DNA from: Octopus sinensis
Lineage: Eukaryota
Assembly: GCF_006345805.1 (NCBI RefSeq)
Contig: NC_043001.1
Coordinates: 120,032,001 to 120,096,000, forward strand
Direction of reading: 5' to 3'
DNA length: 64,000 bases
The position numbers were made by a program, and so were the translations under genes. The first letter of the stretch is position 1. The number at the start of each line of letters is the position of its first letter. Positions 52,731 through 64,000 of the stretch are shown one piece after another. Below the pieces are notes generated by a model that had not been told where the DNA came from, did not search any database, and saw only the letters and a program-made list of their open reading frames with translations.

Positions 52731-54430
52731 ATTGTGGTGTTGATGGTGGTGGTGGTCTTAATGATTCTATTGAGAGTGATGAAATTGTTAGTTTCCATGA
52801 TAATAAGAATATTGTTGTTGTTGTAGTTGTTGGGTGGTGGTTGTGATTGTGATAGTAGTGGTGGTGATGTTGTTGTTGTTGTTGATGGTGGTGGTGGTAG
52901 CGGTGTTGAGGATGCTGATGGTGATGTTACCATTGAGTTTGAAGGTACGGATAATATTACTGGTGATGGTGGTGTTGATGGTGATGGTGGTGGTGATGGT
53001 GGTGGCGTTCTACTGCAGACTATTCTCGGTTGTGATTCTTTCATTGGCGTTAACAACGTTGTTGTTTTTGTTGCGATCGTCGTCAACGTCGTCGTCGTCG
53101 TCGTGACGGTGAAAGGTGGAAGTGGTGGTGGTCCTGATAATGACTGTATTTGTCGTGGTGGTGAATTGTTAATCTTGATAATAACGGGTATGCTGGTAGT
53201 GGTGGTAGAAATAATGATGGCAATTTGCGTTGGTGGGGGTGGTGGTGGTGATGGTGGTGGTGATGATGATGTTGATGACGACGTCGGCGACGATGATGAT
53301 GATGATGGTGATGACGACGACGACGACGACGACGATGATGATGTAACTCGTAGTGATAGTGGTAGTGGTGGTGGTGGTGGTGGCGGTGGTGGCTGTGATG
53401 TTGCTGCTAGCTTGTAATGGTGGGGACACTGATGGTGTTGTGGGTGATGATAGTCGTAATGGTGGTGGTGGTGATGGTAGTGATGGTGATGTGGTTATAT
53501 TGAAAACCATGATGTTAGTAGAAGCGGAGATGGTTGTGATGTTGATGGTAACAATGTTGTTTTAGTTGTTGTTGTTGTTATTGCTATTGTTGGTAGTAGT
53601 AGTAGTGGTAGTGATGGTAATACTGTTTAACAGTGTTATTGATGGTGATGATGATTATTATTATAGTGATTTTGATGGTGGTAATTAATGGTAATGATGG
53701 TACTGGTAATAATAATACGAGTGATTCTGTAGCGAAGATGCTGGTGATGGTTTTGGTGGTGGTGATGGTGGTGGTGGTGGTGATGGTGGTGGTGGTGGTG
53801 ATGGTGGTGGTGGTGGTGATGGTGGTGGTGGCGACGACGGCGGCGGCGGTGGCGGTGGTGATGATGAGGATGAGGATGAGAATGAGGAGGATTGTGATAT
53901 TGATGCTGCTGATGGGTGTGATCGGAATGCTGACGATGAGGTTGTGACGATTGCGGTCCTGATAATTGTGACTACGATGACGGCCATTGTTTGGTTTGTT
54001 ACGACCGTTTTATTACTGGTATTTCAATTTCTATTGTTGATGGCCGTTCTTCCAACACGTGGTTCATAATAATTAGCATCTTTCTGGGCTTTTCTATCCT
54101 TCTCATTCATCATTATCATCAGTGTCATTGTCATTATCTCATTATCGTCATTGTTATTGTCGTCATCGCTATTACTACCGTCCCTTATCTAACCTTTCTA
54201 TTTCTCTTGCTCCTCCCCCTTCTCATCCCTCTTTACCATCATCATTATCATTATCATCATCATCATCATCAGCAGCAGCAGAAGCACCTTGAACAACAAT
54301 CACTACAATCATCACTACCCCCACCATTATCATCTTCACAAAGCAACCACTACCACTACCACCACCACCATCACCATCACAAACATCACCATCATCCTCA
54401 TCATCACCACATTGTCATCATAACATTACC
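52731..54430. repeat. Degenerate GGT/GAT/GTT and CAT/CAC trinucleotide low-complexity region
   Basis: Seen directly. Confidence 0.85.
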
Positions 54431-54861
54431 ATCGCGCAAGTGTGCATGCATGCGCGCGCGCGTTCGTAAGTGTCTGCGTGTGTCACAGGCCTCCTCCGAA
54501 GGCGCAGACCTTTCTAGTCTTGCGGCTGTCGTTTCTCTTCTCTTCTAGGGCTTGCGCTCATCTATGGACAAGCTGAAACACCCTACATGTCAGTGTGCGA
54601 AAGACGATTTATAAAGAATGCCCATCTGGTTTTATCTGCGTATGAAACACACATAGCCTTGCTTGTAGTCCTGTGTAGTGGTCTTGTGCACGATCGGTAT
54701 TGATTGCCCGTTCGGGAATGTGAGGTGTTCGTATGAGCGGTTTGCCAGTTCAGAAATAAGCCAGTTTGATTCGTGTTAGAGTATGTATCATTTGGGTTGG
54801 GAAGACAGTGACAAGCATTTGGTTGTGTAGACAGTTTGTGAGGTAGTTTCGTGCATATTGG

Positions 54862-55180
54862 CTTCAAATTTTGGAACAAGGCCTGCAAGACTGGTAGAGG
54901 AGGTAAATCGATTACATCGTCTCCAGATCCCAGTGGGTACTTATTTTATCGACCCCGAAAGAATGAAAGGCATAATCGACCTCGGCGGAATTTGAACTCA
55001 CAACGTAAAGACGAACGAAATGTCGCTAAGCATTTTGTCTGGCACGCTAACGATTCTGCCAGCTCACTAGCATTTTAATGGTTTCAAAGTTTGGCACTAG
55101 ATGAGCAATTTCTGAGGAGTGGGTAAGTCAATTACATCGATCCCCAGTGATCGATTTGTACTTCTTTTATCGATCCTAAG
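54862..55180 (-). mobile_element. SINE family A, one full and one partial copy
   Basis: Cores near 54930 and 55150. Confidence 0.8.
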
Positions 55181-55182
55181 TA

Positions 55183-55329
55183 ATTGTGAGAATTACTGAA
55201 AAGCAATTCAAACTCTGGAGAGACTGTATGTGAAACCCTTGAACATTATTTTTGCGAGACACCTTTTAATGACAGGCAAACAAGAACCAGGTCAATCAGT
55301 TGACGACTCTTTACAGAAATTGAAACTCA
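55183..55329 (+). mobile_element. Ty3/gypsy gag fragment
   Basis: AIQTLERLYVKPLNIIFARHLLMTGKQEPGQSVDDSLQKLK resembles the retrotransposon gag QxxxEsVxxF motif region. Confidence 0.65.
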
Positions 55330-55330
55330 G

Positions 55331-55705
55331 GAGTGGCTGTGTGGTAAGTAGCTTGCTTACAAACCACATGGTTCCGGGTTCATTCTCACTGCGTGGCACA
55401 TTGAGCAAGTGTCTTCTACTATAGTCTCAGGTCGACCAAAGCCTTGTGAGTGGATTTGGTAGACGGAAGCTGAAAGAAGCCCGTCGTATATATATATATA
55501 TGCATGCGTGTGTGTGTTTGTGCCCCCAACATCGCTTGACAACCGATGCTGGTGTGTTTATGTCTCCGTTACTATAGGTTCGGCAAAAGAGACCGATAGA
55601 ATAAGTACTGGGCTTTCAAAGAATAAGTCCTGGGGTCGATTTTCTCGACTAAAGGCGGTGCTCCAGCATGGCCGCAGTCAAATGACTGACACAAGTAAGA
55701 GAAAT
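55331..55705 (+). mobile_element. SINE family B, full length
   Basis: Best copy in window: gtggctgtgtggtaag...ggcacattgagcaagtgtctt...tgctccagcatggccgcagtc. Confidence 0.92.
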
Positions 55706-55714
55706 AACTCCCTA

Positions 55715-55830
55715 GAGGATGAAGGCAAAGTGGACCTCGGCGAAATTTGAACTCAGAACGTAAATTCGGAAGAAATGCTGCTAATCATTTGGTACGGCAT
55801 ACTAACGATTCTGCCTGTTCGCCGTCTTTG
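55715..55830 (-). mobile_element. SINE family A fragment
   Basis: ggatgaaggcaaagtggacctcggcgaaatttgaactcagaacg. Confidence 0.8.
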
Positions 55831-56737
55831 TTTTGTGCATATTGAGTGAGTTTTAATTGTAGGCACTTCGTTTGTTTGAGTGTCGCGTCCAGTGATGCAG
55901 AAATGTTTGCGGCGTAGTATAAAAATATGAAATAATTGTTTGCTTTTGTAATCTTGTTTATGTCTTCTGAGCACGGGGTATTTGTTGCGAGTTTTATGGC
56001 TGTTGTTTGAGTTGTGAGGTGTACAGTTCAAAGAGCATAGCTTTCAGAATCGCCAAGTTTATATAATTTAATTTATATGTTTAATTTTGTTCTGCATTTC
56101 ATCAACTATTTAAATGAAAAATCGGTTTAAAAGCTGTACACGATTAACAGCAAATATAATAGTTATATACCCAATTAACCGTTCTCGAGATATTTACTTT
56201 TGCAATTAACCGATGAATTTCACATAGATTTGACGTTAAGCGGTGCAGTAATTTGAAATGTTCTATATACATGCATACACCCACACGCACCCACACACAC
56301 ACATACATACATACATACATACATACATACATACATACATACATACATACATACATACATACACGCATACAAACATGTATATTTATATGTGTATGTGTGC
56401 ATGAGTGATTGTTTGTTTGTGCGTGTGCATGTAATTGAATGCCAAAGACAGCGTTATCATGAACGAATTGTAATATTGGTTAGCAGCTGGACATAATTCT
56501 TAGCAGTATTTAAGCTTGCCCTGTTTTACATTTTGAATGCAAACCTCGCCGGGGTCAGGACCGACTTTGTATTTCGTCCTTTCGGGTCAAATACGTATTA
56601 TGTTGCAGTGTCGATTTAATCAACCAAACTCGACACCCGAACGACTACTGACATTGTCTTGCAGTTTCATTCGTTAAGCCGTGTTTCAAGTTACGGTGAC
56701 GACACCCACTGTTCTTGCTATAACTCTTATTATTAAG

Positions 56738-56882
56738 TAGTGGTAGTAGCAGCAGCAGCAGTAGTATGGTAGTAGCAGCAGCAGCAGCAGTGGTAGTAGT
56801 AGTAGTAGCAGCAGCAGCGGCGGCGGTGGTGGTGGTGGTGGTAGTAGTAGTGGTAGTAGTAGCAGCAGCAGCGGCGGTGTTG

Positions 56883-56922
<40 letters not shown>

Positions 56923-56946
56923 CAGCAGCAGTGGCGGTGTTGTTGT

Positions 56947-56985
<39 letters not shown>

Positions 56986-57005
56986 CAGCAGCAGCGGCGG
57001 TGTTG

Positions 57006-57048
<43 letters not shown>

Positions 57049-57097
57049 CAGCAGCAGCGGCGGCGGTGTTGGTGGTGGTGGTGGTAGTAGTAGTAGT

Positions 57098-57135
<38 letters not shown>

Positions 57136-57191
57136 TAGTAGTTGCAGTAGTAGTAGCAGCAGCAGCAGCGGCGGTGTTGGTGGTGGTGGTG

Positions 57192-57227
<36 letters not shown>

Positions 57228-57230
57228 GTA
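56738..57230. repeat. Higher-order minisatellite of (GCA)n(GCG)n-GTGTTG-(GTG)n(GTA)n units, ~60 bp each
   Basis: About 7 units seen directly. Confidence 0.9.
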
Positions 57231-57244
57231 ATTGCGAGAATTGC

Positions 57245-58360
57245 GAGAATAATTGGTACATTAGGAACTATGAATGATGGCATCGACAAATGTTTAAAGG
57301 AGATTGGAATGGAATGTCCTGCAGAGCTTCTATAGAGAGTTTGCCTCTTAGGAACAGGAAGTATCATCAGAAGGGTTTTGAGCACTTGCGGGCTGATCGA
57401 AATTATGTAGATGTCTAAGTTTATATGGTGTAATCTGCTATCCACATTAATTCTACAACAAAAAGAACCAAACTTGAATCAAGTCGAATAATAATAATAA
57501 TTATAATAGTCAGACAGATTGATGAGAAACCACAGCATGGCCAATTTAGGAGAGCCACTGAAGATGTATGTGGAACAAAATTCTTGGCTTGTTTATAAAA
57601 GGGTAATAGAGAACCTGATTGTAGCAACTCAAGATCAAGCGATAAAAGCAAATAACTTGAGAAAAAATATATAGAGAGAGAATTTGTCAGATACATGTAG
57701 GGACTTGGACGAGACAGTGGCACACATTGTGGTAGAATGCTCCAAGTTGGCTCAGGAATGATATAAGAAATGGAAGCAAGAACAGGTTGTAAAAGTTTTA
57801 CACTTGAAACTGCGCCAGAAATGGGGTTTTGAAGCTGGAAACACATAGTACAATCATCGAGTCGAAAGAGTTCTAGAGTCAAAGAAATGTAAAATTTTCT
57901 GGGACTTTCCTCTTCAAACGGACAAGAAGTTAGAAAGTAACAGACCAGATATCACAACCGCAGATAAGGAAAAGCGCAGTTGCTTACTTATCGACCCATC
58001 ATGCCCGTTTGATTCCAGGAACGTAAAGAAAGAGGAAGAAAAGCAAAGAAAATACAATCCCTTAAAATTTGAAATAGGAAAAATTTGGAGTCTGCGAATA
58101 GTAAATGTCGTGTCTATAATAACTGGTGCGTTGAGAACAGTAAGCCAAGATATAGACAAATGGTTGAAGGAGATTGAAACAGAATGCCCGGTAGAACTCC
58201 TGCAGAAGGTTTGCCTCTTAGGGACAGCAAGGATTATCAGGTGGATTCTAAGCTCTTGAAAGACTGCCGAAATCGAGTGGATACCTAAGGTTACAGGTAG
58301 TAACCCGTTACCTACATAAATCCTATCAGGAATAAGACCGAACCTGAGCTTTGTTTCAAT
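57245..58360 (+). mobile_element. Two tandem R4/Dong LINE 3' fragments separated by (TAA)n
   Basis: IIGTLG..KCLKEIGMECPAELL, then HIVVECSKLAQ, RPDITTADK..LLIDPSCPFD...LLQKVCLLGTARII; TAA tails. Confidence 0.88.
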
Positions 58361-58459
58361 AATAATAATAATGATGATGATGATGATGATGATGATGAGG
58401 AGGAGGAGGAGGAGGAGGAGGAGGATGATAAGGATAATGATATAATGATGATGATGATG

Positions 58460-58665
58460 ATTTCAAACTTTTGCACAAGGCCATAAATTTCGGGGAAATG
58501 GATAAGTGGATCACTTCGACCCTAGCACTCAACTAGTACTTATTTTATCGATCCCGAAAGGAAGAAATGTAAAGTCGACCTCAGCGGAATTTAAACTCAG
58601 AAAGTACTGAGGGACGAAAAGCATTTTGCCTGGAGTTGTGACGATTCTGCCAGCCCGCCGCCTTA
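58460..58665 (-). mobile_element. SINE family A in a TAA/TGA tract
   Basis: Core agtacttattttatcgatcccgaaagg and head gccagcccgccgcctt. Confidence 0.85.
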
Positions 58666-60849
58666 ATGTTAATAATAATAATAGTAATAATAGTAATAAT
58701 AATAATAATAATAATGATTGTTTTTTTTTCTGTATTGAATGTGTTCACCCTACAACAAACCATCGTAATTGTATTTCTATCGAGTTCAAAGACTGTTAAT
58801 TATAATATTGTTATTCCTCTTGATGTTATTGTTAATTAGCCTCAGGTCAAGCTTGATGAAGCAGACTTTATAATCAATGTTATTCCAGTCAAGAAAGTTC
58901 CGTCTCTCTTTTTATTTATAATTGTGTGTGTGTGTGTGGGGGGGGTGCATGCGTGTAAGTGTGTGTGTTTAGACGTGTGTGAGGGTGCGCATTTATGTCT
59001 TGTAATATGTTATACAAGGTGTCCTTTGACTTTTTTAAAACAATAAAATGTTATTTGAGAGATATTTAAGTACTATTTCTTGTAGGTCGAATTACTGTGT
59101 AGAGGCCCCTTATTGACTTAATGCAATATTTAATCAGTTCAGAATGGAAAAGTGTTCTTCTGATTCGATAGTACAACTTTCTGTATTTATGGGACAAGTA
59201 TAATGTACCTTTCTCTCCTATTCTTCCAAACACTCACCACGGCAATGTACATGTTTCAGTATTTTTATATTTACCTTGTTGGAATATTAATTCAATGGCT
59301 TAATGCTATTATTCCTTTAGGTTAGTTATATTCTGGGGTTTTTTTGCCTTTTATTTTGCCCACATTGACTCTAATACTTTACATGTGTTTTACGTCTTTT
59401 CCTCTCACACAATTCCACCAGACTTCCTGTTTTTTTTTGGGGGTTCTTTTTCAGATTTTGAAATGTTATGGATTTGTATAGCCTTCCTGTTTGGTCTTCA
59501 ATAGAAAATGCTCATCTTTTCTATAAACAATAATATTTTAAGTACATTGTTTATGTCTGTTCCTAAATAATTGATCTAAAAATATTTTGAAGCAATTAGC
59601 TGCTCAAAATATTCTATAATTCGAGAATAACTTGCTTATATTTAACTTTAACGTTTCTCTTAGAGTTTTCACTTAAAAAAATAAATATCTGTCAATTGTG
59701 TTTCTACTTTTTAATGTTGATCGATTTTTCTTTTGTTTCATCTGTTTATGTATCTTTGTTGAAGAATATAATTGGCTGTTCTCTTTGGTAGCGCTGATTG
59801 TCCACATATCTGGGACAGAACATAACTGATACACCCCATGTGGTCTATTTCTACGTTCTGGAACTGCAGAAATAATTGTATCGTTCTATTACTTTCACTT
59901 TGCACTTGTCAGTGAGAGTTATTTTGATTACAGGTTTTCTTTCAATAATTAATATTATTTCTTAAAATCTTGCATTTTGCATTTGTAAAGCTACTCAAAT
60001 GTGCTGTGAATTTCCGTACCAATCTGGATATTATTCCTTTCTTCATGCATCGATGTTTAGAGCACTTATACTGAATCTTTGTTTTACTGAAATCTTCGAA
60101 TACATTATTTCTCAGGTGTTCTTGTTTAGAAGGTGACTTGATCTGTGGCTGCGTGTATTAATTGAAACAATCAGATCGTGGAAGAGCAATTTTATGGATT
60201 TAAAGATTAAAAAAGTTGTTACGTTAGCTTTCATAATAGAAATAATAAATAAATGAAACAGATAGCACATTGGAAATGGGTGGGGGGGACGGAAGAGAGA
60301 AAAAGAAGGAATACAAAGAGAAAATTAATCTGAAAGCAACAATATACACGTCCAAATCGGAAGTCCGAAGTGTAAGGTTATTCAGGCACAAAAGTACAAC
60401 TGACATAAATGTAAAATGCTTTATATATTCAAGTGAAATGTGAAAAAGATTAACAACTCACGTATTCGAAAAAGACTGTAATTAGAAAAAGGAAGAAAGA
60501 AAACTGCCGATTGTTATAAAATCTGGTCAGTAACTGACATTCTGTACATGCAGTGGAACTGCATCAGTAGTCAGGTCTGAGAAGGTCAAAGAAGCTTTTG
60601 ACACTTCATAGGAAGGAATACTAAATAACTAAATGAAGGTGAAGTTGGTATACTTTTGCATAATGAAATGGCTAAAATGATTTGTTTTTGTGATGTGATA
60701 GTTACATTGCTGGTAATTTTGATTCAAATTATAATTGATCTGCTCAAAGTTGTTAAGAGTAGCATGTTAAGTTAAACATATTTACTTTTTATTGGTCGAG
60801 TCACTTTGCATTTTCTTTCTCCAAGGTTGATAAAATGATCATTAAATAA

Positions 60850-61960
60850 TATATTAAGGGTACGTTTTCAATACTTATGATAAAATATGCATTAACTTTT
60901 ACATATTTATGTTTTCTTTGAAGATTATTTTGTATCAGAGTGCTTACATTTGCATCGATTTTTCCTTTTTTAAATGAACCAGATCCATATCAGACAACGC
61001 ATGCTGTATGAGTTCAGAAAGGCTACTTCAACAATGGAAGTGGCAAGAAATATTGCTCATGTTTATGGAAATGAAGCTTTAAGTGTCCGAACATGCCAAC
61101 GATGGTTTGGCCAGTTTCACTCAGAAATTTTTTCTCGCAGACCCCTTCTCGACCAGGACGACCGGGGTCCTTCAATAATGTGCTTCTGGAAACTGGAGTA
61201 GAGGAAAATTCAAGAGAAACTGCCAGAAAATTAACAAAACAGTTAAATTTAATTCAAGTTTTCAATCATGAAACACTTTATGAACTAGGAATTCTCTAAA
61301 CTTGAACAGTGGGTGACTCATCATCTGACTAATTTTTAACTTAATCAAAGAGTTGCCTTCTGTTTTTCATTAAAATATGGACTTGCTACCGAACATTTCC
61401 TGAGTATAATCATCACAAGAGATGAAAACTGGATTCTCTACATTTGTTCAGTTAAAACGACAAAGGTTAGCACTCAGTAAAAAGGGACATTCCACCACCA
61501 AACCATAGGTCAACCAGGAGAAAATTATTCTCTGAGTTTGGAATGGTATAAAAAGTGTCATTTATCATTTAACAATGCAGAGAAACATTGCCGTTAATTG
61601 GAAGCCGTCTTGCAGGAAAATTTAGAGAAATCACAGCCATCGTTGGTCAGTTATAACCACAATGCAAGACCACATATTTCCCAAGTCACTCAGGAAAAGA
61701 TGGCGCTAAATATGGAGGATTTACCTCAGCCTCCTTACTTGCCTGGTCATGCTCTATTTGATCATTGCTACATTATTTAGAGCGAAAACAGTTTGTCAAC
61801 TGTGTAGAGGTTACGAGTAAGATTGGACGCTTCTTTGTTGCGAACCTGAAAAAGTTTACGTCAGCGGATGAAAAATTTAATCAAATAGGTGAATGATGTT
61901 ATCAACAATGGAGTAAAATATTATCTTGATTAAATACACCAATTAAATCCGAATAAGCAT
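60850..61960 (+). mobile_element. Decayed mariner transposon (Mos1/Hsmar-like)
   Basis: HTH IRQRMLYEFRK..ARNIAHVYGNEALSVRTCQRWF, SRPGRP, IITRDENWILY, HNARPH, QPPYLP; boundaries approximate. Confidence 0.88.
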
Positions 61961-62130
61961 TTGTTTCTTTCCCATCTTGAAATGTAACGGGACTTCTTTT
62001 CCAAGAAAAAGATCCTTTGAGAGGTGGATAGTATTGGAGAAGGGGGTTTTGTACCGGGTGATGAGAGGTTAGAGTATGATCGAGGGATAAAAGCAGGTGT
62101 CTTGCTGAAGAGGAGATACATGGTTACCCC

Positions 62131-62211
<81 letters not shown>

Positions 62212-62499
62212 AAGAAAGAGGGAGAGAGAGAAAAGGAGAAAGTGAGAGTGAGAGAGAGCAACGGTGAGAGGGAGCGAGACAGAAGGTGGTGATAAGCCAG
62301 GGCATGTATACACACGTATAAATATGTATGTGTGCGTGTACATGTGTACATATATATGTGTGTGTATATGTACAGATATGTATACATATGTATAAGTATG
62401 TATGTTTGTACGTGTGTGTGTCTGTGCGTGTGTGCGCAAGCGTAAGACAGCAATGACAGTTCTATGACTTTCTACTGCTCGGGGATGTTTTTCCTTTAT

Positions 62500-62610
62500 C
62501 TCAGTAAGTACCAGTTACGCACTGGGTTCGATGTAATCGACTTAATCCCCTTGTCTGTCCTTGTTTGTCCCCTCTATGTTTAGCCCCTTGTGGGCAACAA
62601 AAAAATAAGA
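62500..62610 (+). mobile_element. SINE family A 3' half
   Basis: aagtaccagttacgcactggg...tgtctgtccttgtttgtcc. Confidence 0.8.
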
Positions 62611-62985
62611 TACCTTCCTGGTGTTTATGACCTTAAGGAGTTATCTTGGCTACAGCTTGTATATGTTTCTTGCACTTTCTCACAGCAAGTTATCGATTTA
62701 AACCAATTAAGATAACTGTTTGAGATAACAGAGTCGTTTGATCTCTTGCATGTTTCTTGCATGTCCGTTATAATTCTGATTTCTCTACAAGTTCGAATGT
62801 TCTTTTGTAAAGTATGTTCTTTTATGCAATATGTTGTTAGATGTGTCATCGTCAAAGTTACACCTCACCTGCTTTTACCTATTCAAAAATTTATCTGAAG
62901 ATCGTAGATTTATATTATGATGTAATCTATGAGTACAATAATAAGGTTCTACCGAAATAACTGTCGTAAATTTTAAACCCCATTG

Positions 62986-63300
62986 GTAGCTGTGTGGTAA
63001 GAAGCTTGCTTCCCAATCACATGGTTCACAGTTCGGTCCCACTGCATGGCACTTCGGGGAAGTGTTTTCAACTATAGCATCGGGCTGACGAAAGACTTAT
63101 GAGTGGGTTTGGTAGACGGAAACTGAAAGAAGCCTGTCGTAGATATGTATATATGTATATCTATGTGTATGTGTCTTTGTGTCTGTGTTTGTCCCATGCC
63201 ATCACTTGATCACCAATGCTGATATGTTTACGTCCCCGTAACCTAGTGGTTTGTCAAAAGATACCGATAGAGTAAATAACAAAAAACATAAGTACATTCG
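62986..63300 (+). mobile_element. SINE family B
   Basis: gctgtgtggtaagaagcttgcttccca...ggtagacggaaactgaaagaagcc...acgtccccgtaac. Confidence 0.9.
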
Positions 63301-64000
63301 ACTAAAATTTCAAAGTGGTACCCCAGCATCTCCATCACTGAACCAAGTGAACGATAAAAGATATTACCAACTGTACCTCCTCCGCAAAAATATCTTTCTG
63401 GTATCTAATAAAAAGAAATTGTCGAAATATTAGAAATATATCTAAAATATTACTCTCTATCATGTTCATTTGAAATTCTAAAAGAATGTTTTGTACTTTA
63501 TTTTATTTGCAAACACTTGAAATAATTAGAAAATTCTCATAATTTATCTATATTTACCTTTTGTCAATTCGTTTCGTCTCAATCATTTAGTTTTCCTTTC
63601 ATGTCAATTCATTGATGAATATGAAGAACTAACTATAAACTTCAAATATCAATTATATAACACACACACAGACACATACACACACATATATGCCAAAAAA
63701 TAAAACCTCTGGTGGTCGTTTGCTCTGATATAAGTAAATTACTAGTAATTTTTATATCCCTTTCCAATGGGGTTTGATATATAATAGTGAATCATAAATA
63801 CTCCAAATTATTGTGCCGAACGCATTCGCTCCGAAAATCCAGTGTCTTTACAATTTGGAGTGACTTGGTGAAGCCATCATTTTTTTTCATTCGTAAATGT
63901 AATGCTTCTCTAAACAACAATTGAGAGAATTTTCAGAACAAGTTTATCAGTTATGTGAAGGAATGAAAATTGACTGTTTTATTGATTTTGGAGGTGTCAC

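Noticed and set aside
59150-60170. Possible minus-strand LINE endonuclease remnant (IVSINTR)
   Set aside because: Only one short motif; too decayed to support
62625-62855. 76-aa non-repetitive ORF (and the 83-aa ORF at 23673-23924)
   Set aside because: No recognisable domain or convincing splice context; such lengths can occur by chance

Overview
AT-rich, microsatellite-dense eukaryotic DNA. The SINE families and repeat landscape suggest an octopus or other coleoid cephalopod genome; this is inferred, not proven. I recognise no intact host protein-coding gene, and most listed ORFs are microsatellite or antisense artefacts. Retroelements present: R4/Dong-type LINE fragments at (TAA)n tracts, one uninterrupted RTE 3' fragment, Penelope-like RT and GIY-YIG fragments, a Ty3/gypsy gag fragment, and about 30 tRNA-derived SINE copies from at least 3 families. 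DNA elements present: Tc1/mariner, Tigger/pogo and Chapaev3-like transposase remnants, plus a structurally complete non-autonomous Helitron. There is also a U6 snRNA pseudogene. The most interesting signals: (1) several unrelated short fold-back elements in or beside TA/CA microsatellites that carry Penelope-type minimal hammerhead ribozyme motifs, one with an intact core; (2) a spacer-less 258-bp palindrome; (3) a 5-copy CRE-like plus CCAAT cassette with fixed spacing; (4) minus-strand exon-like segments, one with a tyrosine-recombinase-like motif. I cannot establish a new biological system from sequence alone.
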